From an uncultured virus (IMG/VR IMGVR_UViG_3300020203_000420) (Duplodnaviria; Heunggongvirae; Uroviricota; Caudoviricetes), in IMG/VR virus record IMGVR_UViG_3300020203_000420: a stretch of DNA of 20,000 nt. One strand, given 5' to 3'. Of this stretch, positions 1 through 9,284 are shown one piece after another. The notes below the pieces were generated by a model. That model was given only the letters and a program-made list of their open reading frames with translations, was not told where the DNA came from and did not search any database. Position 1 is the stretch's first letter; every line of letters starts with the position of its first letter. The translations under genes and the position numbers were made by a program.

Positions 1-546
1 TTAAGTTTATTTTCTAAAACATTTGACGTGACTAAGGATCACTACCCAATAATTGAGTCCTTAACTGCTCTGAATGACCATGACGCTGAGTATATTGAAT
101 CAGCCATTAAGCACACCATTAAATCTACTAGGTCTTTAAAGAAGAGATTAACGGACCTACTGGTTATCCCAGATCAATTTGATAAGGTTATTTTACCAAA
201 AGCTTTTTCTACTTTAAAGGACTGTGAGTTTAAAAGACTATCTAAAAATATATTTGAAGTATCAAACCCTAAGACCTTTCAAAGGTTTACCTTGGCTCTG
301 TTGACCTCTGATAAGTCTTTAGATTTAGATAATACAGCCCTAAGTAAATTAACCAGTCCGTTAATTTTTGGAATTAAAATTAAACCCAATCGTAATATAT
401 CTACTTTTATAACCTTAAAGTCTCTTAAAAATAGTGAGAATAAGCTCTCTTGCTCTTTTCATGTAAAAAAGCTATTATTTAATTACGAAGCAGGGATTGA
501 TAAGGAGTATAGTTTATGTCTATCGACACCAGAGAAAAAGAAGTAG
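1..546 (+). CDS. hypothetical protein, probably 5'-truncated by the window edge
   Basis: The frame is open from base 1 (tta agt tta ttt ...) through the GTG at 28 to TAG at 546; no recognisable motif. Confidence 0.6.
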   Translation, partial: LSLFSKTFDVTKDHYPIIESLTALNDHDAEYIESAIKHTIKSTRSLKKRLTDLLVIPDQFDKVILPKAFSTLKDCEFKRLSKNIFEVSNPKTFQRFTLALLTSDKSLDLDNTALSKLTSPLIFGIKIKPNRNISTFITLKSLKNSENKLSCSFHVKKLLFNYEAGIDKEYSLCLSTPEKKK

Positions 547-860
547 AGTTTACCCCAGAGGCGGTAGCGGCAGTTAAAGCTAATTTTACCGAGAATGGAA
601 TCAACCATTTAAATTTAAGACTATCGGTTCGCGGTGGAGGTTGCTCAGGGTTGGAATACGGGATGGACGCTGACGAAGTAATAAGGGACTTAGACACTGT
701 TTTGGAATTTGACGGAGTAAAAGTTATTATAGACATGGCAAGTATTAACTTCCTTAAAGGGACAACTGTAGACTATAAAAAAACCCTAACTAATTCAGGA
801 TTTGTGTTTACCAATCCTAATGCAAAAAAAACCTGTGGTTGCGGAAGTTCGTTTTCATAA
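516..860 (+). CDS. iscA: A-type Fe-S cluster carrier (IscA/HesB/ErpA family)
   Basis: LRLSVRGGGCSGLEY, DxxS..FLKGTTVDY and C-terminal NPNAKKTCGCGSSF with three conserved Cys; SD-like AAGGAG upstream. Confidence 0.93.
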   Translation: MSIDTREKEVEFTPEAVAAVKANFTENGINHLNLRLSVRGGGCSGLEYGMDADEVIRDLDTVLEFDGVKVIIDMASINFLKGTTVDYKKTLTNSGFVFTNPNAKKTCGCGSSFS

Positions 861-866
861 AGTAAT

Positions 867-1277
867 ATGCCTAGAAAAGTTTCAATAAAATCTAAACTAA
901 TTAAAACGGAGAGGTACAAGATCTTATCTAAGTCCTTTGAAGAGCCTGGATTAAAACATTATTTAAATAAATGGAAAAAGACTAATAAGATAATACTTAT
1001 TCCCCAAGCAAGTAACGGACTAAGTGTTGTAGTTAAAACTTATAAAACTGTACAAAAAAATCCAGCCCTTCATAGGTCATTGTATATATCATGCCTATGC
1101 TGTTCTACTGGAAAAGAGTCAGAGATGCTCTCTATACACCTTTTAGGTTATGGCGGAAAAGACTCCCCACAAAGTAACATTCTAGAGGTTGGAGGTAAGA
1201 CCTGCACCCTAGATGCCTGGCAAAAAGTCTTGGGGCCATTATTAGGATTTGAAGTAAAAGACGGAATAAAATTATAA
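867..1277 (+). CDS. hypothetical protein
   Basis: 136-aa ORF packed between neighbours; CLCC cluster; no family recognised. Confidence 0.7.
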   Translation: MPRKVSIKSKLIKTERYKILSKSFEEPGLKHYLNKWKKTNKIILIPQASNGLSVVVKTYKTVQKNPALHRSLYISCLCCSTGKESEMLSIHLLGYGGKDSPQSNILEVGGKTCTLDAWQKVLGPLLGFEVKDGIKL

Positions 1278-1289
1278 GGAATTAGAGTT

Positions 1290-1748
1290 ATGTCAAGTGA
1301 GTTTTCAGAATCAAATGAGGGATGGGCAGTGGACCAGGAATTAGAACAGGCTAAGGTAGAGAGGGAGGAAGCTCTTGCAGCTTACGAGTCCGAGTTTCCT
1401 CATGGGTTTGCCCCAGAGCAGGAGCAGCAAAAGACAGCTCCTCAACCAGAGCTACCTAAAGAACAGATAATCTTAAACTACGTAATCAATCTATTAACTG
1501 CTGCCTCAAAAAGGACGGAGGAGTCTGAATTTTCTCCAATAGCCTTTAACTATGCAGATTTAGAAACTCTGAAGGGGTTGATAGAGATTCTAGTAAATAG
1601 GAATAATAATCTAACTAGAGATCTCATTAATTATACTAATATAGTTAATAAAGATAAGGATAGAATTGAAAAGTCAATTAAGAGTCTTAAGCTAAGCCTA
1701 GACGGAGCATTTAACTCTTTTATAGGTCAGGTAAATGAAGAGGATTAA
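1290..1748 (+). CDS. hypothetical protein (acidic N-terminus, helical/coiled-coil C-terminus)
   Basis: 152 aa; AAGGA upstream; overlaps the next gene by 14 nt. Confidence 0.7.
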   Translation: MSSEFSESNEGWAVDQELEQAKVEREEALAAYESEFPHGFAPEQEQQKTAPQPELPKEQIILNYVINLLTAASKRTEESEFSPIAFNYADLETLKGLIEILVNRNNNLTRDLINYTNIVNKDKDRIEKSIKSLKLSLDGAFNSFIGQVNEED

Positions 1749-2112
1749 AGGAAGTATTGATAGTATACCCGTGGTCATAGACTTACCTCAAACCCTTCTT
1801 GAGTTCAAAGAGGGGGCTAGACTGTTTCAAGGTAAATTAGATTACAACCAGGGATTACTATTTAACTTTAGGTCTCCTCAGTACTTGGTGACAGAGAACT
1901 CTGGTGTAGAACACGACTTAACTTTATTATACTTTAATGCATTAGGTAAACAGAGTGTAGTAACTGAGATGTCTACTATGGCTTTAAATAGTAATAAAAC
2001 TACCTCATCTAAGGGTTGCTACTCCTACCTACTAGAGCTAAGAAGTGATTTTTGTAAGGCCTACCACATAAGGGTAGGTTCTATTTTAAGTATTCCTATT
2101 GTTAAATTATAA
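1735..2112 (+). CDS. DUF192 (COG1430)-like protein
   Basis: Pattern GLLFNF...L.LLYFN..G.....V....YLLEL....C....IRVG matches the DUF192 consensus (GMLFVF...LDIIF...VLEL..G....I.VG). Confidence 0.65.
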   Translation: MKRIKGSIDSIPVVIDLPQTLLEFKEGARLFQGKLDYNQGLLFNFRSPQYLVTENSGVEHDLTLLYFNALGKQSVVTEMSTMALNSNKTTSSKGCYSYLLELRSDFCKAYHIRVGSILSIPIVKL

Positions 2113-2115
2113 TTT

Positions 2116-2565
2116 ATGCCACCACTAATTTTAAACTCAGTAACAGTAAAGTATTTTGATAAGAATGCCCCTAGACTTAATTTACCTAATAAGGGGGATT
2201 TTGGAATAGATCTATTTGCTAATGAGGATAAAGAAGTTTTTCCAGGGGAATCTTATCTAATTAAAACTGGAATTTGTTTACAGATAGAAGATGAAGCATA
2301 TGGATTTCAAATAAGAGATAGAAGTTCTAAGTCTAAATACTACGAAGTGTTGGCTGGAATTATAGACCCCAGCTATACGGGGGAATGGCTTGTAAGAATA
2401 AACCTAGTAACAGACCTTCATTATATGATTAGAAAGGGAGATAAAATAGCTCAAGCTATTCCTATGCTAAATTGTTTAGCTTACACCAAAGACCTGATAG
2501 AAGTAGAAGAGCTATTAGTAAAGGGAGATAGGTTAGATAAAGGATTCGGGAGCACAGGCTCATAA
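2116..2565 (+). CDS. dut: trimeric dUTP diphosphatase
   Basis: All five motifs present: GIDL, RSS, GIIDPSYTGE, GDKIAQ, RLDKGFGSTG. Confidence 0.95.
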   Translation: MPPLILNSVTVKYFDKNAPRLNLPNKGDFGIDLFANEDKEVFPGESYLIKTGICLQIEDEAYGFQIRDRSSKSKYYEVLAGIIDPSYTGEWLVRINLVTDLHYMIRKGDKIAQAIPMLNCLAYTKDLIEVEELLVKGDRLDKGFGSTGS

Positions 2566-2570
2566 TATAC

Positions 2571-2599
2571 TTGATTAGTGTTAAAAATTATAATACAAT
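2571..2599 (+). promoter_or_regulatory. sigma70-like promoter for the Sak gene
   Basis: TTGATT (2571-2576)-N17-TACAAT (2594-2599) in the 40-nt intergenic gap; TATAAT is also present at 2589-2594. Confidence 0.45.
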
Positions 2600-2605
2600 G
2601 GGGTT

Positions 2606-3226
2606 ATGGACCACTCTCAAATTATAGAAAAATTAGCTCAACTTAAAGAACCCTTTGCTGAGGATCAGGTTAGATCCAGAACAGGGGCAGATAATAAAGA
2701 ATTTAAGTATATACCCACCATCTTAGTTACTGAAAGGTTAGATCAGGTGTTTCCTCTAGCCTGGTCTTGGGAGATTCTAGATAATAGAGTAGACAAGTCT
2801 GTAAGAAATAAAAGAACTGGATATAACAAAGATACCCAACCTTGGACTCCTATTATGGAAGACGTTACCGTAGAGGTAGTCTCTGTACTGGGTAGATTGA
2901 GTTTTCAACTTTCTGAAACCAAAGTAGTATTCAGAGATGCCTGGGGTGGAGCTGATGCTGGCAAGGGAAGCGCGTCTGGGGATGACTTCAAAATTGCAGC
3001 AACAAACGCTATGAAGAAGGCAGCATACATGTTTGGCGTAGGCGGGCATATAGGCCTAGACGTTCTAGAGCATTTGGACGATGTTAAACCAGACAAGCCT
3101 AAAAAGCAGTATAATAATTCTGGTAAAAATAACTGGTACAACAACAGTGGTCAGAGTTCCCAGGATAGTAGCTCACAACAAACTGCACCAGAGCAACCAA
3201 AGAAATCGACTAACCCCCTTAGATAA
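2606..3226 (+). CDS. Rad52/Rad22-like (Sak) single-strand annealing protein
   Basis: L.EPF....V..R.G.....F.YI....V.ERLDQVF...WSWEI, later K.AATNAMKKAA..FGVG; low-complexity N/S/Q-rich C-terminal tail. Confidence 0.85.
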   Translation: MDHSQIIEKLAQLKEPFAEDQVRSRTGADNKEFKYIPTILVTERLDQVFPLAWSWEILDNRVDKSVRNKRTGYNKDTQPWTPIMEDVTVEVVSVLGRLSFQLSETKVVFRDAWGGADAGKGSASGDDFKIAATNAMKKAAYMFGVGGHIGLDVLEHLDDVKPDKPKKQYNNSGKNNWYNNSGQSSQDSSSQQTAPEQPKKSTNPLR

Positions 3227-3234
3227 GTTCGATA

Positions 3235-5049
3235 ATGCAAATCAAAACGGTTTTCGTAAAAGAGATCTCTAAACGAGTCAAGATTCTCTGTTTGGAGAGT
3301 ACTAAAGAAACGGGAGATGAGTTAACTAACCTATCTAGTGAGGTGAATGAGTTATCCTATCGAAGCTGGGTAATAGAAAGCTTTATAGTTGGAATCAATA
3401 AACTATTTGGTCACTTGCTAGAATCTACGAATGGTAATATAGAAGATTTAAGTAAATTAAAAAACATCCTATACGAGAAAGTTATTGATATAAATCCTCA
3501 GTTGGCACCTGAGAATATTTATATGTCTCCATCTAATAACCTAACACTAACCAAGCAGTCAGTAAAACTGATAGACTGTGAGAGTTGGGGAGTTAAAGAA
3601 GAAAACTCCTCTTTAATGTTATTTGATCTGGAAGATTACTATAAGATTACCGAAAACGTCAGAAACCACGAACACTACATAGAAATAGTGTCTTGGGATT
3701 TATTCCCAGGTGTTTCATTAACAGTTAGACAGTTTAATAAAAACCTTAAAACTAATCTAATGCAGGGGTATACCCCAGTAACTGAAGACGATGTAAAGTA
3801 TTTCATAGTTATTACCTGCATAGATAACCTTCAGAACCTAATTAAGTTTATAAGTTATAAGCTGGAAGACGTTTCTTTACCTTTTGAGAAGGTATTAGAC
3901 TCTTTGTATCAGATTGCGATAGCAAATAATCCTTTTCTTAAGGTTAAAGTTAAGGATTTTAATAAGTTAAATAAAGCCTTTAGGTTTCATAAGGCTGCCG
4001 CTGATCACGAAGAGAAGCAAATAGAGGCTGGGGCTAGGAAGTCCCTGTTAGAAGTCCCACACAAAGAAATAGCAAACCTATACTCTTCTCTATCCTCGAA
4101 GATATTCGGTCAAGATGAGGCTATAGAGGCGGTCTGTAAGTCAATAAGAAAAGCTCATACGGGCATTAAACAACCCAAAACCCCTATAGGAGCTTTTTTC
4201 TTCTACGGCCCGACTTCGGTAGGTAAAACGGAACTAGCTAAGGTAATAGCTAAAAGCTTGACTAAAAGTACACACGGCCTCGTTAAGGTAGCCTGTAATA
4301 CTATGATCTCATCTCACAACGTTCATACTTTGATTGGAGCACCCCCAGGATATGTAGGGTATGAAGAGAAGGGATTACTTACCAGAGCACTGGAGAATAG
4401 CAAGTTTAAGGTTATTCTGTTTGACGAGGTGGAAAAAGCCCACCCCAAATTATTAGATATAGTTTTAGAGGTTCTCGAAGAGGGAGAACTGATGACGGCT
4501 GATGGGGACAGACTAGACCTCTCAGATTGTTTGATTATCTTTACTAGTAATATAGGACAGGGGGAAGCTAATAACGCCTTAAATACGGCTGGTTTTATTT
4601 CTCCTAAAACTAATTTAGAAAAAGAAGCAGTATTAAAAAGTGAATTTGAAAAGACAATTAAAAATAAGTTAAAGCCAGAGTTTCTCGCTAGACTAACTGG
4701 AGAGTTTTACTTTTCAAATCTACCTAAAGAGGGTCTTATTAAGGTCGCTGGGCTAAAGCTGAATGAGTATTCTAAGATACTCTCTAAGAAGAAAATTAAA
4801 GTTAGTTTCAGTCGCAACCTACCAGAGTTTATAGTTAATCAGGTTCAAGCTGTAAATGGAAATGCTCACGCAAGAAACATTAGAAATTATATTGATATGC
4901 AAGTCATTGAACAATTAGGTGATTTTGTGTTACAGTTCTTAGAGAAGAATAGTAAGAATGAGAGAATAGTTGAGGTTTCGGTAGCGAATGATAAATTGTC
5001 ATTTAATTTGATTGATGTACCTTATGAGCAAAAGCAAAAAAAAGTATAG
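3235..5049 (+). CDS. ClpA/ClpB-like AAA+ ATPase with only the NBD2-type module and a novel N-terminal region
   Basis: IFGQDEAI, PIGAFFFYGPTSVGKTELAK (Walker A), LIGAPPGYVGYEE (pore loop), ILFDEVEKAH (Walker B), IIFTSNIG, KPEFLARL, ARNIR. Confidence 0.9.
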   Translation: MQIKTVFVKEISKRVKILCLESTKETGDELTNLSSEVNELSYRSWVIESFIVGINKLFGHLLESTNGNIEDLSKLKNILYEKVIDINPQLAPENIYMSPSNNLTLTKQSVKLIDCESWGVKEENSSLMLFDLEDYYKITENVRNHEHYIEIVSWDLFPGVSLTVRQFNKNLKTNLMQGYTPVTEDDVKYFIVITCIDNLQNLIKFISYKLEDVSLPFEKVLDSLYQIAIANNPFLKVKVKDFNKLNKAFRFHKAAADHEEKQIEAGARKSLLEVPHKEIANLYSSLSSKIFGQDEAIEAVCKSIRKAHTGIKQPKTPIGAFFFYGPTSVGKTELAKVIAKSLTKSTHGLVKVACNTMISSHNVHTLIGAPPGYVGYEEKGLLTRALENSKFKVILFDEVEKAHPKLLDIVLEVLEEGELMTADGDRLDLSDCLIIFTSNIGQGEANNALNTAGFISPKTNLEKEAVLKSEFEKTIKNKLKPEFLARLTGEFYFSNLPKEGLIKVAGLKLNEYSKILSKKKIKVSFSRNLPEFIVNQVQAVNGNAHARNIRNYIDMQVIEQLGDFVLQFLEKNSKNERIVEVSVANDKLSFNLIDVPYEQKQKKV

Positions 5050-5575
5050 TGTCTTAATTTTAGATATAGATGGCGCGAGCAATTACGAATATCCCCATCT
5101 AGTTTTAGACAAGGTTCAAGACCTGGTTAAAAAAGATCCCTATGGAAAAGCAATATGGGATTTATTTAGGGCATCGGCAGAGGATTTAAATGTTAGGCCC
5201 CAAGCATTGCCCTACCTTTCTTTTAAAAAGATAAGAGAACACTTTGATAAGATTTATATATTAACAGCTAGATTAGAGAGTTGGAGACCTTCAACCGAGG
5301 CTTGGTTAGAGAAATGGAACTTCAAAGTAGATAAAGTTTTTATGAGACCAGACGAGTTGTATAAACTTACTGGGGCCGAAGTAAAAGAAAAGATAGTAAC
5401 GGAACAGATATTACCTTTTCACTCCAAAGATTCTTGTGTAGCTTGTGATGATGATGATAAGATCTGTGAGATGTATGACAGGCTAGGAATTAAATACTTT
5501 AAGGCCCCACACGGTTGGGTAGAGTTTTTACTGCACATAGAAGAAGAGTTAAAATCAATAGGCGATACTTTATAG
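5024..5575 (+). CDS. HAD-superfamily phosphatase (PNKP/PseT 3'-phosphatase-like)
   Basis: ILDIDG (motif I), ILTAR (II), FMRPD...K (III), CDDD (IV). Start placed at ATG 5024; 5012 is also possible. Confidence 0.8.
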   Translation: MSKSKKKYSVLILDIDGASNYEYPHLVLDKVQDLVKKDPYGKAIWDLFRASAEDLNVRPQALPYLSFKKIREHFDKIYILTARLESWRPSTEAWLEKWNFKVDKVFMRPDELYKLTGAEVKEKIVTEQILPFHSKDSCVACDDDDKICEMYDRLGIKYFKAPHGWVEFLLHIEEELKSIGDTL

Positions 5576-5582
5576 GACATAT

Positions 5583-5897
5583 ATGCCATATATTAAACAA
5601 CAAAGCAGAGATATTTATAAAAACGAGATAGACTCTTTAGTTAATAAGCTAATTAAAACCTTCTCAGATGAACCTACGATTATTACTAGAGAAAGAGCAG
5701 GAACTTTAAATTACCTATTTACTACTATTTTAAAACAATTCTATGGTGGTCTAAATAAAAAGTTAGGTGACCTTCCTTTAAGGTATGCAGACTATAACGA
5801 AATGATAGGAATGCTAGAGTGTTGTAAGCAAGAACTTTATCGCCGCTCTATTAGCGAGTATGAAAATGTCTGCATTAGGGTGAATGGAGACGTTTAA
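5583..5897 (+). CDS. conserved small phage/prokaryotic protein of unknown function (MPYIK...G.LNY...RY...NE.IG.LEC.K.ELYRR...YE......NGDV type)
   Basis: Recognisable conserved pattern; AGGA upstream; its stop overlaps the next start (TAATG). Confidence 0.75.
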   Translation: MPYIKQQSRDIYKNEIDSLVNKLIKTFSDEPTIITRERAGTLNYLFTTILKQFYGGLNKKLGDLPLRYADYNEMIGMLECCKQELYRRSISEYENVCIRVNGDV

Positions 5898-6622
5898 TGT
5901 TACCATTATATTTCCGTAAACAAGTATATTTTGCTGGAGATCTATTTGATCATAAACATCTAATAGGTAATCACATACTTGCTGAATTTCTATCTGAAAT
6001 TAAAGAGGGAGATGATAAAAAATACGATATTATTTTACCTCAAAATTTAGAACAAACAGTCGATAGAGCTATAGATGTTAGAGATCAGGACTATAGATTA
6101 TTGCTAGAAGCTGACTTAGCTCTATTTAATTTTGACGGAACAGATCTTGATTCTGGTACCGTAGCAGAGTTTATGTTTGCTAAAATGTTAGATATCCCAT
6201 GCGTCATCTTACGATCTGACTTTCGGGCGGCGGGAGATGGTCTTAAGGACGGAGAACAATGGAATCTAATGCTAACAGGATTCCCCAGGTCTGTAGTTTT
6301 ATACTGGCATAGCATGTCCAACTATCAACAATATAAGAAGAACAATAAAGCTAGCTTTATAAATGATTTATATGGTAGCCTATCAGAAGAGATAGATAGA
6401 GCGTTTGATGAGGCTACAAGAGGGCCTTCTATATTCTTCAATAAAGCTGAAGTTACACAGGCTTATACCTTAGCCACTAGAATTCTAGGAGATAGTTTTA
6501 AAAAACATCTAAAGGTTAAGTGGAATCTTACCGATACTACAGTAGAAGAGGCTTTAATAGGTATTGCCGCTAGGAAAGTAGATAATAAAACTTATGAATT
6601 TAAAGATGTTGGTAATAGGTAG
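5897..6622 (+). CDS. nucleoside 2-deoxyribosyltransferase / nucleotide N-glycosidase family protein
   Basis: VYFAGDLF, ILPQ, RDQD, FDGTDLDSGTVAE (catalytic Glu), LRSDFR, WNLM. Confidence 0.85.
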   Translation: MLPLYFRKQVYFAGDLFDHKHLIGNHILAEFLSEIKEGDDKKYDIILPQNLEQTVDRAIDVRDQDYRLLLEADLALFNFDGTDLDSGTVAEFMFAKMLDIPCVILRSDFRAAGDGLKDGEQWNLMLTGFPRSVVLYWHSMSNYQQYKKNNKASFINDLYGSLSEEIDRAFDEATRGPSIFFNKAEVTQAYTLATRILGDSFKKHLKVKWNLTDTTVEEALIGIAARKVDNKTYEFKDVGNR

Positions 6623-7625
6623 CTGTGTAGTAGATTTAAGTTACTCTGTTAAAGAGCTTCCAAGGCCTGGCCAAACAACTTTAGGAACACTCGATATTGG
6701 CGCTGGAGGTAAGGGCTTTAACCAAGCATTTGCCGCTGCAAGAGTTTTAGAAGGGTTTACAGCCGATGAAAGAGATAGCACAGTTACCTTCATCGGACCC
6801 GTAGGAGAGGACCCTGAATCAATGCTTGGACCAGGTCCAGACTCTCTGGGCCTAATCTTTGATGAGTTTATAGAGCAACGCAATCAAGTTAATCTTGAGG
6901 CACACTTATTGACGATGAAAGGTCATAGAACTGGGTCTGCATCTATCGTAACGGATTCTACCTCTCAAAATCAAATAGTGGTTGATCTGGGGGCAAACCT
7001 GTATTTAACTTATCGAGAGGTAGAAACAACTAAAAACTTAAGAGACTTTAGCTTGCTCCAACTTCAGTTAGAGTTAGCTCCTGAGTTAACTTTAAACATA
7101 CTGAAAGAAGCTAAAAGTAATGGCATTAAGGTGGTGATTTTAAATCCCGCCCCCGCCGACACTTTTGAAACTAAGATGTTAGTTTACGTAGATATACTAA
7201 CCCCTAATCAGACAGAATTTAAAGCGGTAATGGATAAGACTCTAGAGATTCAACCTTACATGCATTATCTTGTAACTCTTGGAGATAAAGGAGTTGCTCA
7301 TGTCTATCGTCATGATTGGGGACTTCCCCCTGAAGTTAACTTCTCTCCAAGCTATAAAGTAGATGCAGTAGATTCCGCAGGTGCAGGTGATGCGTTTAAT
7401 GGGGCATTAGCTGCCACCTTACACAAGCTTTCCTATAATAATCTAGATAGCCAACTCGTACAAGAAGCTGCTGAAATTGCCCAAGCGTATGCCGCACTCT
7501 CAGTAACTAAAGTAGGCACATCTAAATCCTATGCCACTAATTCCGAACTTCAAGAGTTCTTAGGATCTCAAAATAAAGAAGGGTTTACAAAAATTACTTT
7601 ACAAGACCTTATGGAGATGATATGA
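6594..7625 (+). CDS. rbsK: ribokinase (PfkB family)
   Basis: IGS..VDL, GGKGFNQAFAAAR, QNQIVV..GAN, LQLE, NPAP, TPNQTE, VTLGDKG, DSAGAGDAFNG. Confidence 0.88.
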   Translation: MNLKMLVIGSCVVDLSYSVKELPRPGQTTLGTLDIGAGGKGFNQAFAAARVLEGFTADERDSTVTFIGPVGEDPESMLGPGPDSLGLIFDEFIEQRNQVNLEAHLLTMKGHRTGSASIVTDSTSQNQIVVDLGANLYLTYREVETTKNLRDFSLLQLQLELAPELTLNILKEAKSNGIKVVILNPAPADTFETKMLVYVDILTPNQTEFKAVMDKTLEIQPYMHYLVTLGDKGVAHVYRHDWGLPPEVNFSPSYKVDAVDSAGAGDAFNGALAATLHKLSYNNLDSQLVQEAAEIAQAYAALSVTKVGTSKSYATNSELQEFLGSQNKEGFTKITLQDLMEMI

Positions 7626-8404
7626 CAAAAACAATGAGTGCCGATCTTAGAAGTTTAGAGGAAGGGGAGCAGTATCAAGTTGTGGCAGCAGTAACTGCAA
7701 TACTAGAAGATAACGAAATTAATTTCATCGGTATGCTTGACCAGGGGATACTTGCTAGATTTAAAAATAATCTAATACTAAAAGAGATTATCAGGGAAAG
7801 ACTTAACGTGCCAGGAATATTTGTAATAAAGGTGGATAAAGTATGGCCAAAGCTTGAAGACGTAGAGACAGAAAACTGGATAGTAGAAGCCTCTGTAGTA
7901 AACGTCATATACCCCGTCAAAACTACGGATGACGGTGTAAAAACCGAAGAGTCAAGAGTTATTTTAACTTCTGGAAAAGAAATAAGGTTTGAACAAGACG
8001 AGCAGGTAACAATAGATCAAGTAGGTAGTTTTATAAATAGAATCATAGATAAAGTTCAAAAAGAAGATCAAATGGATAAAGCACTCCCAGACATGAATTT
8101 AGCGTTAGCAGAGTTAGAACTTTCTAACGGTAGGCTTAAAGAGAGTCTTAATCAAACTAGGATTGCAATTCAACACGGAAATAATAGTAAAAAAGATTTA
8201 ATTCTAGAGAGAGTAGATTTCTATGAATCATTGCTTCAAAAGCAGTCAGATTTCATTCGATCAATACAAACGCTTCTTTTAGATAAAAATTACACAGAGT
8301 ATGGTCAGACTATTAAAAAAATAAACTCTATAAGCTCTTTCATTAGACAAGACTGTTCTGAGATAATGGACGGCCATGTAGTTAATAAAGACGATTTACA
8401 ATGA
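7622..8404 (+). CDS. hypothetical protein with C-terminal coiled coil
   Basis: 260 aa; ATGA overlaps at both ends. Confidence 0.75.
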   Translation: MTKTMSADLRSLEEGEQYQVVAAVTAILEDNEINFIGMLDQGILARFKNNLILKEIIRERLNVPGIFVIKVDKVWPKLEDVETENWIVEASVVNVIYPVKTTDDGVKTEESRVILTSGKEIRFEQDEQVTIDQVGSFINRIIDKVQKEDQMDKALPDMNLALAELELSNGRLKESLNQTRIAIQHGNNSKKDLILERVDFYESLLQKQSDFIRSIQTLLLDKNYTEYGQTIKKINSISSFIRQDCSEIMDGHVVNKDDLQ

Positions 8405-8640
8405 AATTTAAATTAGAGGTGTTAGTATTTTTATTACTTCTATCACTATCAGGCTGTTCTGTGAGTAACAGAGAGTTACAGTTAGAGGGTGATAGGAAGG
8501 TAGCTATTATGCAGGACCTCCTAAGACAAGGCTGGGAATTAAGTGTGCATGACGGTAAAGTATTACTTATAAAGAATACCCCTGAAGGTTTATTAGTCGA
8601 GGATGTGTTTGGTGTAATAGAATCGGAGGATTTGTTTTGA
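8401..8640 (+). CDS. putative small lipoprotein
   Basis: MKFK, then a hydrophobic stretch, then lipobox LSGC. Confidence 0.6.
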   Translation: MKFKLEVLVFLLLLSLSGCSVSNRELQLEGDRKVAIMQDLLRQGWELSVHDGKVLLIKNTPEGLLVEDVFGVIESEDLF

Positions 8641-9284
8641 AAACTGCTTGTATAATCTCTGACACTCACGGACACCATAATAAGGTAACAACAGTAGATG
8701 CTGATTTTTTAATACATTGCGGGGATTTTTCCAGCCACGGAGAACTTAGGCAAACTAAAAGCTTTCTAAATTGGTTTTCCAAACAGCCCCAGCAACATAA
8801 GATATTTATAAGTGGTAATCACGACTACATGGCGGAAAGAGATAGGTGTTTATTCAATGAAATAGTTAAAGAAAATTCTGGAGTACATTATCTACAGAAC
8901 TCTAGTGTTGTACTAGAGGGTATTAAATTCTATGGTTGTCCACAAACTCCTAGATTCTTAGATTGGGCGTTCAACGTAGATAGAGGACCTAAGATTAAAA
9001 GATTCTGGGACGAAATAGATGAGGAAACTCAAGTACTCATAACCCATGGCCCCCCACTAGGGATACTAGATCAAGTACTCCCTGACCTGGAAAGGGTGGG
9101 CTGTGCAGATTTACTGGATCGAGTAATGACTCTACCGAGATTGAAATACCACTTCTTTGGTCACCTACACTTCAATGGAATAATGGAGTATGTATTTGAC
9201 GGAAAAACCTGGATTAACGCTGCGATCTGTGACGACAGCTATAAACCAAGGGATCTAGTAATGTTTACGGAGTTAGACGTATGA
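8637..9284 (+). CDS. calcineurin-like metallophosphoesterase (MPPED/239FB-like)
   Basis: ISDTHG, HCGDF, GNHD, THGPP, FGHLH; TTG start overlapping the upstream TGA. Confidence 0.92.
   Translation: MKTACIISDTHGHHNKVTTVDADFLIHCGDFSSHGELRQTKSFLNWFSKQPQQHKIFISGNHDYMAERDRCLFNEIVKENSGVHYLQNSSVVLEGIKFYGCPQTPRFLDWAFNVDRGPKIKRFWDEIDEETQVLITHGPPLGILDQVLPDLERVGCADLLDRVMTLPRLKYHFFGHLHFNGIMEYVFDGKTWINAAICDDSYKPRDLVMFTELDV

Noticed and set aside
8401..8640. Lipoprotein as an o-spanin partnering the GH19 lysin
   Set aside because: No adjacent i-spanin with an N-terminal TM helix, opposite strand to the lysin, and not Pro-rich.
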